A DNA stretch of 64,000 nt from a virus. Lineage: Duplodnaviria; Caudoviricetes. The notes below the pieces were generated by a model that searched no databases, was not told where the DNA came from, and saw nothing but the letters and a program-made list of their open reading frames with translations. How positions within the stretch are numbered: the first letter of the stretch is position 1; every line of letters begins with the position of its first letter. Positions 37,909-47,495 of this stretch are shown here, piece by piece. The position numbers and the translations under genes are program-made. The DNA is taken from positions 32,001-96,000 of IMG/VR virus record IMGVR_UViG_3300033120_000845; one strand, written 5' to 3'.

Positions 37909-39908
37909 TGGATAAGAACGATTTCATTTCAAGAAAAATAAGTATTTTAAAAGATGAACACCCTGATTGGTCACACGATAAACTTATCGCGGTGGCTTTT
38001 TCGTACTATAATAAAATGCAACAAGGGGGTATAGTAGATAAAACGCAACTTTTAAATCTAAACTTATCTCAAGACCCATCTTTACCACCAACTACAGCAG
38101 TCCCTATGTCATTTGAAGAACAGCAAAGAACAATTGCACCTCAAATGCCAATTGACCGTATTTTATATAATGTCCAAACACAAGAACCGAAGCAAGGATT
38201 ACCTGAAGGTACATACACTCGCGTAGATTACAAGGGGGGCAGACAAAGCGACTACTTAACCCCTGAAGGGCTGGAAAACTTCAAAAGAATGAATAATTAC
38301 AGATTATTCATGGAGCAACAAGCACAGAAGAAAATGCAACAAGGGGGGACATTAAAAATAGAACCTACTTTACCTCCTTATGGACATGAGATAATCAACC
38401 CTATAAAATCTGTACAAAAAGGAGTTAATCAAGGCAATGAAGGGTATTATGTATATTATGGTGACCCAAATGACCCACAATCAGATAAAGTGTTTTTTAC
38501 AAATTCTGAGTATGAATTAAAAAAATCTCTACAGAAACCGACTTCAATGTATCCGGGTCAATATGAACCACTATTACAAGCATATCTTAAAAAGAATAAT
38601 GTGAAAATGGAAGAGGGTGGGTTTATGAATTTACCTGTAATGCAACAAGGAAGTCAATTTTTTGACATCAATTCTCAAACACTTTCTCCCCAACAAGATT
38701 TTTCTGTACAAAATCAGGACAGACTAAGAAGTTATCATACACCTGCACAACCACAACAAGCAGTGGCGCAACAGTATCCAATAGCACCAAATCAATTCCC
38801 TGCTCCGACATTCCAAAAAGCGGATGTAAATGACATAGAATTACCACAAGGACAAGCACCCTCTCAGCAAGAATACGCATCAACATTAAAAGACGGAATG
38901 ATGACTGACTATGGAGAGAATTTAAGATATAACACAGAGCAAGGAACGGTGGGTGAAAGAACACCAACAGGAAAAACTCTAACAAAAGAAGAGTACTTTA
39001 ATAAAATTAAATTATTAAACCCTTATGGTGATGTTGATATTCCTGTGGCTGCTAATATGTTAGGACAATCAATTGGATATGAAGGTGACCAAAAAGGATG
39101 GAATGCTGTTCGTGGTATTGCTTCAGCAGGTAAAATAGTGGCAGGACTTGGTAGAGGAATTCTATCGGGAGTGGCTTCACAAAAATCTTGGAATCAATCT
39201 TACCAAGACTATTTAGCAAATCAAAAAGACCAAGGTAATGTTTATACAGCCTTACAAGAAGGGGGTAAGATTACAGTTGCTGATAGTTTAACAGGTGCGT
39301 ATACAACTGAAGATTTGAATGGAGCAAATGTGGAAGTTGAAAATGGGGAAATTATAAAAGACGGACAAACTCAAGAAGTAACAAAAGCTGTTGGTGAAAC
39401 ACATGAAAATGGAGGCATCAAAACTAATCTCCCTGACCAATCAAAAGTTATTTCTGACCACACTCAAATCGGCGCAAAAAACGCTAAAAAATATAGAGAC
39501 GAGTTTGGAGTAACGGTTAAAGCCTCTGATACATTTGCTAAGGTGATGGATAAAGTCCAAACTAAAATTGGACTTAAGAAAATTATAAAAGACGAAGCGG
39601 ACATTATTAAAGAGATTGACAAAGCAACAACTAAAGGCACAGCAAATGATACTTTAGATGTTAATATGAAATTTCTACAAAGTAAGATGTTAGAGCTACA
39701 AGCTAAGAAACAACCTTTAGAAGATTTACAAAAAGTTGCTTTTGAATCTGTTTTTGCCGACCAAGAGAGAATTCCGAAAAAGGGAACTAAAGAAGGTGAA
39801 GCTCAATTAGGAGGAATGATGTATAATGACCAAATAATTGGATTATCAAAACAATACAATGTCGCTCCTGAAAGAGTGCAAGAGCTTTTGAAAATGGAAG
39901 ATGGCGGA
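35515..39908 (+). repeat. dispersed protein motif [M/Y/A/L]-x-x-G-G (11 copies)
   Basis: AREGG, MQQGG, YQQGG, AQQGG in ORF 34720; MQQGG x2, MEEGG, MQQGS, LQEGG, AQLGG, MEDGG in ORF 37908. Confidence 0.75.
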
Positions 39909-41216
39909 GGTATTGATTTAAATAATGTCAGAGTATCAAACAGATACGAAGATAAAAATAAATATACATATCAAAACCCTTCAGATACAGATTGGCAAAC
40001 ATTTGGGGATTTACTAAAATCCAATCCTAAAGAAGTTTTAGCGGAAATTAAAAGAACACAACCTGAACTTTACGATAAATTCTTAAAGGACGGAAAATAT
40101 AAAGACCAAAAAAACATAGAGGCTTATCAGAAAGGTATTAATGATAATTACACTAAAGTTTTAAAATCAGCAGAAGTAAGATTTGGTAAAGATTCAGAAG
40201 CATATAATAAAATTAAACAAGATATTGAGGCTTCAAACTTTCTGCCTGTAAAAACAGAATTCAGAAAAGATAAAGGTAAAGAGTTAAATACAGAAGTGAG
40301 GGGATTTGATTCTAAATTCGGTAACTTTACTTCAACTCGTCCAAATTATGAAATCCCAACTCTTCCAAAAGAGGATTATGAAAAAGTAAAAAAGGCAGGG
40401 GTAAATTCAAGTTATGAGTTGCAAAACAAGTTTCCTGAATTATACGATAAGTATGTTAAAAAAGCAGGATTAGAGGGAGATTTCTATATAGGGCAATTTA
40501 ATCCTGAAGAAGCTAAAACAAATACTACCCCAACAGAAAAATCACCTGAAACACTTTATAAAGAAAGAACTTTGACAACAATGCCAATGTTTCCAAGTGA
40601 TATGATTCTGACTCCAAGTAATATAATGCCAATTAAAAAGCATGAAATAGCTTTGGAAAGAATGACTCCTGTTAAACAATCTATTGAGCCTAACATCGTA
40701 GAAGCGCAAAGACAAACACAAGCAGCCGTAAATAATTTCAGTTATCTTCCTGATAATCAAAGAGCAGCGATGTTATCTGAATATATGACAAATCAAGGAA
40801 GTGCTGTTAATGATGCCCTAAGTAAAGCCGAACAAACAAATGTTATGGCGCAACAACAAGCAGACCAATTCAACATAGGACAGCGCGCAAAAGAAGATAT
40901 GATGAATATTCAATTTGCTCAAAACTATGAACAAAGAGCTTTAATGGGCTTAGATAATTATGAAAGAAGACTTCAGGGTTATTATAATAAACTAAGCGCA
41001 GAGAACAAACAGAAATATGCTGACACAAGAGATTTGAATTTGTTAAACGCCATGAATGAAAACTTCCAAACAACAGGAAATGACATTGTGTTTATGAATA
41101 ATCCTTTGATGATGCAAGCTAATACTAAAGCCTCGCCATTCACAGCAGAGGAACAAAAACAATGGGCGGCATTAAATAATAAATGGAGAGAGGCTAATAA
41201 AGCTAAAAAATCTTAA
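37908..41216 (+). CDS. cargo/ejection protein
   Basis: 1102 aa; ANVEVENGE...GETHENGG motif, Q/N-rich helical C-terminus; no Cys seen. Confidence 0.7.
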   Translation: MDKNDFISRKISILKDEHPDWSHDKLIAVAFSYYNKMQQGGIVDKTQLLNLNLSQDPSLPPTTAVPMSFEEQQRTIAPQMPIDRILYNVQTQEPKQGLPEGTYTRVDYKGGRQSDYLTPEGLENFKRMNNYRLFMEQQAQKKMQQGGTLKIEPTLPPYGHEIINPIKSVQKGVNQGNEGYYVYYGDPNDPQSDKVFFTNSEYELKKSLQKPTSMYPGQYEPLLQAYLKKNNVKMEEGGFMNLPVMQQGSQFFDINSQTLSPQQDFSVQNQDRLRSYHTPAQPQQAVAQQYPIAPNQFPAPTFQKADVNDIELPQGQAPSQQEYASTLKDGMMTDYGENLRYNTEQGTVGERTPTGKTLTKEEYFNKIKLLNPYGDVDIPVAANMLGQSIGYEGDQKGWNAVRGIASAGKIVAGLGRGILSGVASQKSWNQSYQDYLANQKDQGNVYTALQEGGKITVADSLTGAYTTEDLNGANVEVENGEIIKDGQTQEVTKAVGETHENGGIKTNLPDQSKVISDHTQIGAKNAKKYRDEFGVTVKASDTFAKVMDKVQTKIGLKKIIKDEADIIKEIDKATTKGTANDTLDVNMKFLQSKMLELQAKKQPLEDLQKVAFESVFADQERIPKKGTKEGEAQLGGMMYNDQIIGLSKQYNVAPERVQELLKMEDGGGIDLNNVRVSNRYEDKNKYTYQNPSDTDWQTFGDLLKSNPKEVLAEIKRTQPELYDKFLKDGKYKDQKNIEAYQKGINDNYTKVLKSAEVRFGKDSEAYNKIKQDIEASNFLPVKTEFRKDKGKELNTEVRGFDSKFGNFTSTRPNYEIPTLPKEDYEKVKKAGVNSSYELQNKFPELYDKYVKKAGLEGDFYIGQFNPEEAKTNTTPTEKSPETLYKERTLTTMPMFPSDMILTPSNIMPIKKHEIALERMTPVKQSIEPNIVEAQRQTQAAVNNFSYLPDNQRAAMLSEYMTNQGSAVNDALSKAEQTNVMAQQQADQFNIGQRAKEDMMNIQFAQNYEQRALMGLDNYERRLQGYYNKLSAENKQKYADTRDLNLLNAMNENFQTTGNDIVFMNNPLMMQANTKASPFTAEEQKQWAALNNKWREANKAKKS

Positions 41217-41227
41217 TTATTTCTGTC

Positions 41228-41270
41228 AAACTAACCAATTTTCAAAATCTAATTAAATTAACTAATTTTG
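41228..41270 (+). promoter_or_regulatory. phage late-type promoter
   Basis: AAACTAACCAATTTT (41228-41242) and TAATTTTG (41263-41270). Confidence 0.75.
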
Positions 41271-41299
41271 CCCTCTAAACCCATAGGAGGGCATTTTTT
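41269..41299 (+). terminator. intrinsic terminator overlapping promoter start site
   Basis: TGCCCTC-TAAACCCATAG-GAGGGCA-TTTTTT. Confidence 0.6.
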
Positions 41300-41302
41300 A
41301 TT

Positions 41303-44134
41303 ATGAGCAGTTACGTTTCAACACAACCAATCCAATACAATCAAACAACTTCCAACATAAATTTACCGTTAACCAACACGGTACTTTCCACTATGGAAGG
41401 AAGATATAATCAGAATAAAGCGCAAATACAACAAGTGTTAGATGCTTACGGTTCTATTGATTTATTACGAGATGAAGATAAGCAATACTTGGCGGGGAAG
41501 CTAAATGATATAACAAATGAGATAAATCAGTCAGGAAATAGAAACTTGGCTAAATCTTATGTGGCACAAAATATTTTCAGCAAAGTAAAAACTGTTGCCC
41601 AAGATGCCGTTGTTTTAGATGCTATGGAATCCACTTCAAAGTACAATAACTTTGTGAAGCAGGTGCAGGAAACAAAAGAAAAGAAGCCTGAATTATATAA
41701 CGATGCAAACTATAATTTTGCATTATATGAGGGAGGTTTTAATGACTATATGCAAGGGAAGACTAATAAAGTAGGTACTTTGAATTATACTCCATTTAAA
41801 GATGTTCAGAAAAAATTAAATGATGAGATTTACAAAATAGAACAGCTTTCAAAAGAACAAACTATCCAATATATAGATAATGAGGGGTATATTAAAGAGG
41901 TGAAAAAACAAATGCTTACTCCTGATGAAGTTAGGCAAATAGCAGCATCAAATTTAAACAATGATGATTTTAAACAGATTGAAATCAATGGTTGGGTAAA
42001 TACAGGAGGATATCAAGACACTTCTATTGTAGATAGTGCAAAAGCCTATGTCAAAGAGAAAGTTGATTATAATAGCGCAAAAGCCCTTTCAATACAAGCT
42101 CTGATTGACAATGGAGGTTTAGATAAGGATACGGAAGCGAGTTATAAAAATCAAGTGCAGGCATATACAAATCAAGTAAAAGAATTAGAAAGGTATGGAA
42201 ACAGTTTATCTTCAGTAAAACAAGCGGCAAGCTATGTAGAAAAAGAGAGAACTGTTGAAAATGCAGTTAAAACTTTTGGTGGACTACATGTTCAGAGCAC
42301 TTCTTGGAAAAAAAATGATGTGTTTTGGGAACAAAGGAATTATGAATTAAAACAAGCGGAGCTTAAATATCAAATAGAGAAAGATGCAAAAGCAGAAAAA
42401 GTAAAACAAGCGGGTGTATCAGATTTAATTGTCAGTAATTTACCATTAACTTCTGAAGAAATGCCAGATATTGATAATTTAGAATCAAAAGTAGATGCTG
42501 AAGCAACTATATATCAGACTTCTTATGACACTACATTAAAAGAATACAGAACTAAAATAGAAGACTTATCTAAAAAAGGAGATAAGGAAGCCATTGCAGT
42601 AATGGCGCTATATAAAGAAAATTTAAAAACTCAGACAGAAGCAGATGCATTTTTTAATGCCGCACAAAAACAGATTCAAACAAATAGTGGACTCAGAATT
42701 TTAGAAAACAAAGATGGAGTACCTACTAATTATATGAGTTTAATTTCAGATAGCAGAAATAAGTATAAAAAATTAATTGAAGCTAAAGTTCAAGCATCAG
42801 AAGAAGCTGAAAAACAACATACAGACTCCACTATAAACACAGATGAAACCTTTTCCGCATTTTATAATAATCCAAATACAAAGATGATGTGGAAGGATGT
42901 AAACGGAGTTGAAAAAGCAATGCCTGTTTACAAAGTCCTACAAGCTAATGGATTAATGGATGCAAAGGGTAAGAAAATTGGAGACTTGAATGACAAAAAA
43001 GAAGTTTTAAACACTCTTAAAAAATCATACTATGCGGATAAGATTTTAACCAGAACAAATGAAAATTCAAGAGATACAAGTTGGAGTTCTGTTAGAGAAC
43101 TTGCTAAAATGTTTGGAGAAAAAGCTGACGATGTAACTTTTGGTGGAACGATATGGGAAGATACTGTGACATTTAATCCTAAAACAAAAACAGGACAATT
43201 TTTATTACAAGCCAGAAAAAATGGAGTGTATGACACATTTAATTTTTCTGACCAATCCTTGTCTTCGGATGATGCAACAATCGGCAGATTTTTAAAATCT
43301 AATTATAGAGAAAATGAATCTTACAAACAAAAACTGAAATCTTTATATGGTAATTTACCTTCTAACAAATCAGTTGGAGTTACAAAAGAGGATAAAACTA
43401 ACTTTGATAGATTATTAGAGGTAGCTAAAAGCGATGCCTCTGAAGATAAATTTGCCATTAATAGTAATGCCAACACTATCAATGTAAAACTTGACGGAGA
43501 TTATGTTGTAATGTCACAAGTAGAAGGCACAGGAGAAAAAGCTACAGCTACCCAAACAAGAGTACCAAAAGCAGATTTTATAAAAAATGCGCCGGGATTG
43601 GCTCAAAAGTTGGATTTTGAAACAGAGGCTTCCTTTTATCAACTAGGAAGGATAGATAACTCAGATTTGGTTTCAGAACCAGTTAAATTTTATGGTAAAG
43701 AAACATCATCTAGGCTCTTTAAATACGGAAGTCAAATAGTTTTAAAAGGAGATATCGAAAAATCCGCTTATCTTAGAAAAGAGGACGCTATAAAAAAAAT
43801 AAGTGCCTTATACCCGGGAAATGAAGAGAGTGTAGAAAAAGTTATAGAAAATTCATCAAAATTCAGTTTGAATGGGGAGGTGGGTAAAAATTTTGATGGA
43901 AGCTCCTATTTAACAATATATTTAAGAAATAGTGAAGGCGGTATTATAGACCAAACTGAAGTTGATAATATTACTAATGTAGATAATTTTAAACAGATTA
44001 TTGATGAAATTCCTCAAGTCTATTATGGATATTTTGCTGAAAGAATATTTAAAGACCAATATTACTCAAAAGCAGCTAGTGGAAGGGACAGTGAAACATA
44101 TACTAAACTAATGAAAAATATAAATGGAAAATAA
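41303..44134 (+). CDS. cargo/ejection protein
   Basis: 943 aa, helical, in cargo cluster; no Cys seen. Confidence 0.65.
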   Translation: MSSYVSTQPIQYNQTTSNINLPLTNTVLSTMEGRYNQNKAQIQQVLDAYGSIDLLRDEDKQYLAGKLNDITNEINQSGNRNLAKSYVAQNIFSKVKTVAQDAVVLDAMESTSKYNNFVKQVQETKEKKPELYNDANYNFALYEGGFNDYMQGKTNKVGTLNYTPFKDVQKKLNDEIYKIEQLSKEQTIQYIDNEGYIKEVKKQMLTPDEVRQIAASNLNNDDFKQIEINGWVNTGGYQDTSIVDSAKAYVKEKVDYNSAKALSIQALIDNGGLDKDTEASYKNQVQAYTNQVKELERYGNSLSSVKQAASYVEKERTVENAVKTFGGLHVQSTSWKKNDVFWEQRNYELKQAELKYQIEKDAKAEKVKQAGVSDLIVSNLPLTSEEMPDIDNLESKVDAEATIYQTSYDTTLKEYRTKIEDLSKKGDKEAIAVMALYKENLKTQTEADAFFNAAQKQIQTNSGLRILENKDGVPTNYMSLISDSRNKYKKLIEAKVQASEEAEKQHTDSTINTDETFSAFYNNPNTKMMWKDVNGVEKAMPVYKVLQANGLMDAKGKKIGDLNDKKEVLNTLKKSYYADKILTRTNENSRDTSWSSVRELAKMFGEKADDVTFGGTIWEDTVTFNPKTKTGQFLLQARKNGVYDTFNFSDQSLSSDDATIGRFLKSNYRENESYKQKLKSLYGNLPSNKSVGVTKEDKTNFDRLLEVAKSDASEDKFAINSNANTINVKLDGDYVVMSQVEGTGEKATATQTRVPKADFIKNAPGLAQKLDFETEASFYQLGRIDNSDLVSEPVKFYGKETSSRLFKYGSQIVLKGDIEKSAYLRKEDAIKKISALYPGNEESVEKVIENSSKFSLNGEVGKNFDGSSYLTIYLRNSEGGIIDQTEVDNITNVDNFKQIIDEIPQVYYGYFAERIFKDQYYSKAASGRDSETYTKLMKNINGK

Positions 44135-46961
44135 TAATCCCAATCCTATGGGATTTACACCATTAGATTTTAGTAGTGTAACTCCACAGGAAAATTTACA
44201 AAGACAACAATTACAATCAGTAGGTACAGCTATAAAAGCAAGCTACTCAGAGGATTATTTAAAACTCCTGAACAAAGCTTCGGGGAATGACCCATTTAAA
44301 GATTTTGAGGACAAACGTGTAAAATTTAAAGATTATACAACCTCTTTTGATGCTGTATATGCGCCCCTTTCTGATAACAATTCGTTTGTTGCAAGGTATG
44401 AATCGTATTTACCAAATGTTAATAACGAAGAGAGGCTTGCACGACAACAATCAGCAGGAGAACAGTGGGCTAACGGATTTAGTAAATTAGGTTTAAAGAC
44501 ATTAACAGCAGTTGGTGGAGGCACGGTTGGTATCGTAGACTCTTTGGTTACAGGAATAAAAGAAGGTAGCTTATCCGCTGCATATAATAGCGATTTCAAT
44601 AAGTGGTTAGATGACCTAAACACTAAAATGGATTACAAACTCCCAAATTACTACACAGAAGAAGACAGAAATAAAAGTTTCTTCAGTCAAATGGGTACAG
44701 TTAATTTTTGGGCTGATAAAGTGTTTGGAGGACTTTCTTTTACTATTGGTGCAATAGGTTCAGAAGCAATTTGGGCTTCGGTAACAGGAGGTACAAGTTT
44801 GTTAGCTAAAGGTCTTGGTGGAGGGTTAGCAAGATTCAGTTCAAGAGCTATGACACCTGCCGCTACAAGAGAGGCTATGGCGGCGTGGAAAGGGATAGCA
44901 ACAGCACCAATTATAGACGCAACAAACGCCGCTAATTTTGCAGAGTCAGCTATAAGAGGAGCTAATATAGCAAAAGCTTTAGACACAGGTCGTTTCTTAG
45001 TGACATCTTCAGGGTATGAAGCAGGTGTAGAAGCTCGCCAATATATGAAACAGACAGAGGTAGATTGGCTTGAAAACTTTGAAAATACCAATGGTAGACA
45101 GCCTGATGCTTCTGAATTAGCGGGATTCAGAGATAAACTTACTTCAGCAGGGAACGTAGTATTTGCAGCGAATGTTGGAATTGTAGGTCTCTCTAACATG
45201 CTAACAATAGGAAAGTTAGTAAGAGGTAAATCAATTTCACCTGATGTTAACAATGGGTGGATGAATAGAAACTTATTTGGAATAGGATTCACTCAAACAG
45301 AGGGTGCTGGAATAAGAGCTATAGAAGCCACAACAAAACAAAAATTAGCGGGAAGAGCTTATGGGTTACTAAAAGTAGGAGCGACAGAAGGGGTATTTGA
45401 AGAAGGTATGCAAGGAGTGGCTTCAAGGTCAGCTCAAGATTATATCCTTTCAGCCTATGATGAGAATAAAATAAAACAGGGTTACAATATTATTGACAGT
45501 ATTGCTCATGGATTTAAAGAGTCTTACGGTTCTAAAGAAGGTCTTGAAGAAGTTGGAATTGGTGTTCTTGTAGGTCTTATAGGTGGTGGGGGTACTTCTT
45601 TGGCTTCGGGTAAAGGGTTGTTTAATGAGAAGGGCGTTGAAAGAGATATTGTTCAACAAAGAGTTGAGTACTATAATCAATTTCATGCAGACAATTTAAT
45701 TGAAGCTCAAAAAACCCTTGCAAAAGTTTCCGCAGCATCAGAAAGGTCAGATGTAGCAAAAGCTAATGGAGATTTATTTGGGGAGGTAAGAGCAGATACA
45801 GATGTAATGTTAGCTTCCATAGAAAGAAGTCACCAACTTTTAGATTTAGATAGGACTAAACAACAGTATGCCACAGCTTTAAACACGGTGAATAATGAAG
45901 AGTTTGCTAAAGAAATGGGTATTCCTGTTGAAGAAGTTCAGGCTTGGAAAGAGTCAAAATTAGAACAATTCAACACTTTAGTTGACAATTATGACAAAGG
46001 TACAAAAGTAGCTCAAGCATATTTAGGAGATTTTCAAATCAAAGAGATAGGGGATAAAGAAAATGTAGCGAGAGCTATTGCTTACACCTATGCTTCAGGC
46101 ATGCAAAGTCAACAAGCAGAAAAAGACCTCACCGAGACTATTTCTAAATTAGTTGGAGAGGAGTTTGGACAAGGTAAGTTTGAATCAACAATACAAGCAG
46201 ATTTACTTTTAGATAAAGTTGATAAACAAACTTTGATAGAGTTTGAAAGGTTATCAAAATCGGAGCAAGTTTTAATGACGCGGGAGAAAAAGATAACAGA
46301 ACAAACCGTTGCTACCCCAACAAGCCGAGAAGACAATCAAAAAAAAGCAACTAAAGCAGAGAATGTTAGAAGACAACTTTTAGAAGTTACAGACCAATTA
46401 GCAGAAGTACGAGGTAAAAAACAAGCCCTATCTGAAGTAATTAATCTAAACAACACTTCAAATTTACCATTAACAGTTGAAACTTTAGATAGACAAAAAG
46501 GAAACTTAGAGCAATTGAAAAGAGCTTTAGAATCTTTAAAAGAAACTAACCCTCACAAGTATGCTTTAATTAACAATTTAATTACCGCACAATCTAAAGC
46601 AATTGAATCCACTAAGTCTTTTGATAATATGTTTAGAGATTTAGCTGACCCTAAAAACAGAGTTACAGTTGTTAGAGGATTTTTAGATAAGCTGTTAAAA
46701 GCCAGACAAGGTAAAGACGATTACACTTTCTTTTCAGATATAGCTAAAACTTATGATGAAAGAGATGAACAGTTTATTGAAAAAGTACCAACACAGGAAG
46801 AAGATACAGATAGAGTAGAATTAGCAGAAGAGGAAACCCAACAGCAAGAGATAAACGCTGAGACAGTTTTTGAAGAGTTGAAGACAACAGAATCTGTAAA
46901 TAGAAGACAAGAGTTATTAAAACAATTAGAAGAACTAAACATAATTAAATTAAAATGTTAA
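44124..46961 (+). CDS. cargo/ejection protein with Gly/Ala-rich membrane-inserting helices
   Basis: Hydrophobic Gly-rich segments, EAGVEAR, TEGVFEEGMQ; sole Cys is the last residue. Confidence 0.7.
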   Translation: MENNNPNPMGFTPLDFSSVTPQENLQRQQLQSVGTAIKASYSEDYLKLLNKASGNDPFKDFEDKRVKFKDYTTSFDAVYAPLSDNNSFVARYESYLPNVNNEERLARQQSAGEQWANGFSKLGLKTLTAVGGGTVGIVDSLVTGIKEGSLSAAYNSDFNKWLDDLNTKMDYKLPNYYTEEDRNKSFFSQMGTVNFWADKVFGGLSFTIGAIGSEAIWASVTGGTSLLAKGLGGGLARFSSRAMTPAATREAMAAWKGIATAPIIDATNAANFAESAIRGANIAKALDTGRFLVTSSGYEAGVEARQYMKQTEVDWLENFENTNGRQPDASELAGFRDKLTSAGNVVFAANVGIVGLSNMLTIGKLVRGKSISPDVNNGWMNRNLFGIGFTQTEGAGIRAIEATTKQKLAGRAYGLLKVGATEGVFEEGMQGVASRSAQDYILSAYDENKIKQGYNIIDSIAHGFKESYGSKEGLEEVGIGVLVGLIGGGGTSLASGKGLFNEKGVERDIVQQRVEYYNQFHADNLIEAQKTLAKVSAASERSDVAKANGDLFGEVRADTDVMLASIERSHQLLDLDRTKQQYATALNTVNNEEFAKEMGIPVEEVQAWKESKLEQFNTLVDNYDKGTKVAQAYLGDFQIKEIGDKENVARAIAYTYASGMQSQQAEKDLTETISKLVGEEFGQGKFESTIQADLLLDKVDKQTLIEFERLSKSEQVLMTREKKITEQTVATPTSREDNQKKATKAENVRRQLLEVTDQLAEVRGKKQALSEVINLNNTSNLPLTVETLDRQKGNLEQLKRALESLKETNPHKYALINNLITAQSKAIESTKSFDNMFRDLADPKNRVTVVRGFLDKLLKARQGKDDYTFFSDIAKTYDERDEQFIEKVPTQEEDTDRVELAEEETQQQEINAETVFEELKTTESVNRRQELLKQLEELNIIKLKC

Positions 46962-47458
46962 CACCAAGAAAATTACCTGAAGAAGTTTGCAATTTACTAA
47001 ATTCAAGACTTTATGATGAATATGATGCTCATTATACTTATAGAGCCGCATCAAATTGGCTACAAAATAAGGGGTTTGTAAAAGCCGCTGAATATTTTGC
47101 AAAAGAAGCTCAAGACGAGTTAGAACATGCACAGATATTACAAAAATATATTGTAGATTGGAACGATATGCCGAAATTAATGCCTGTTGAAAACGTACCT
47201 TCGGATTTTAGAAGTTTAATAGAAATCATTGAAAAGGCTTATGAAAAAGAGACCAATCTATACGATTTATACATAGAGACAGCTAAAGAAGTTTTTGAAA
47301 TGAATGAGCTTGGAACGTACCAGTTTTTACAACAATTCATCGAAATTCAGAATAACTCTGTAATTGAATATTCAGACATGTTTAATGTTTTAGAGGATGT
47401 GGATGTAACAGATAAATATAAACTTCTAAAATTAGAGGAATTTTTATTTGGAGAATAA
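46955..47458 (+). CDS. ftn: non-haem ferritin-like protein
   Basis: DEYDAHYTY...WL...GF..AAEYF..EAQDELEHA...EKE...FLQQFIEIQ...EY; ferroxidase ligand pattern present. Confidence 0.85.
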   Translation: MLTPRKLPEEVCNLLNSRLYDEYDAHYTYRAASNWLQNKGFVKAAEYFAKEAQDELEHAQILQKYIVDWNDMPKLMPVENVPSDFRSLIEIIEKAYEKETNLYDLYIETAKEVFEMNELGTYQFLQQFIEIQNNSVIEYSDMFNVLEDVDVTDKYKLLKLEEFLFGE

Positions 47459-47478
47459 ATTTCTTTTTCTTAACTTTG
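47447..47478 (+). promoter_or_regulatory. Bacteroidota sigma-A type promoter
   Basis: TTTG (47447-47450), 20-nt spacer, TAACTTTG (47471-47478). Confidence 0.6.
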
Positions 47479-47495
47479 CCAAATAAAATTATAGA

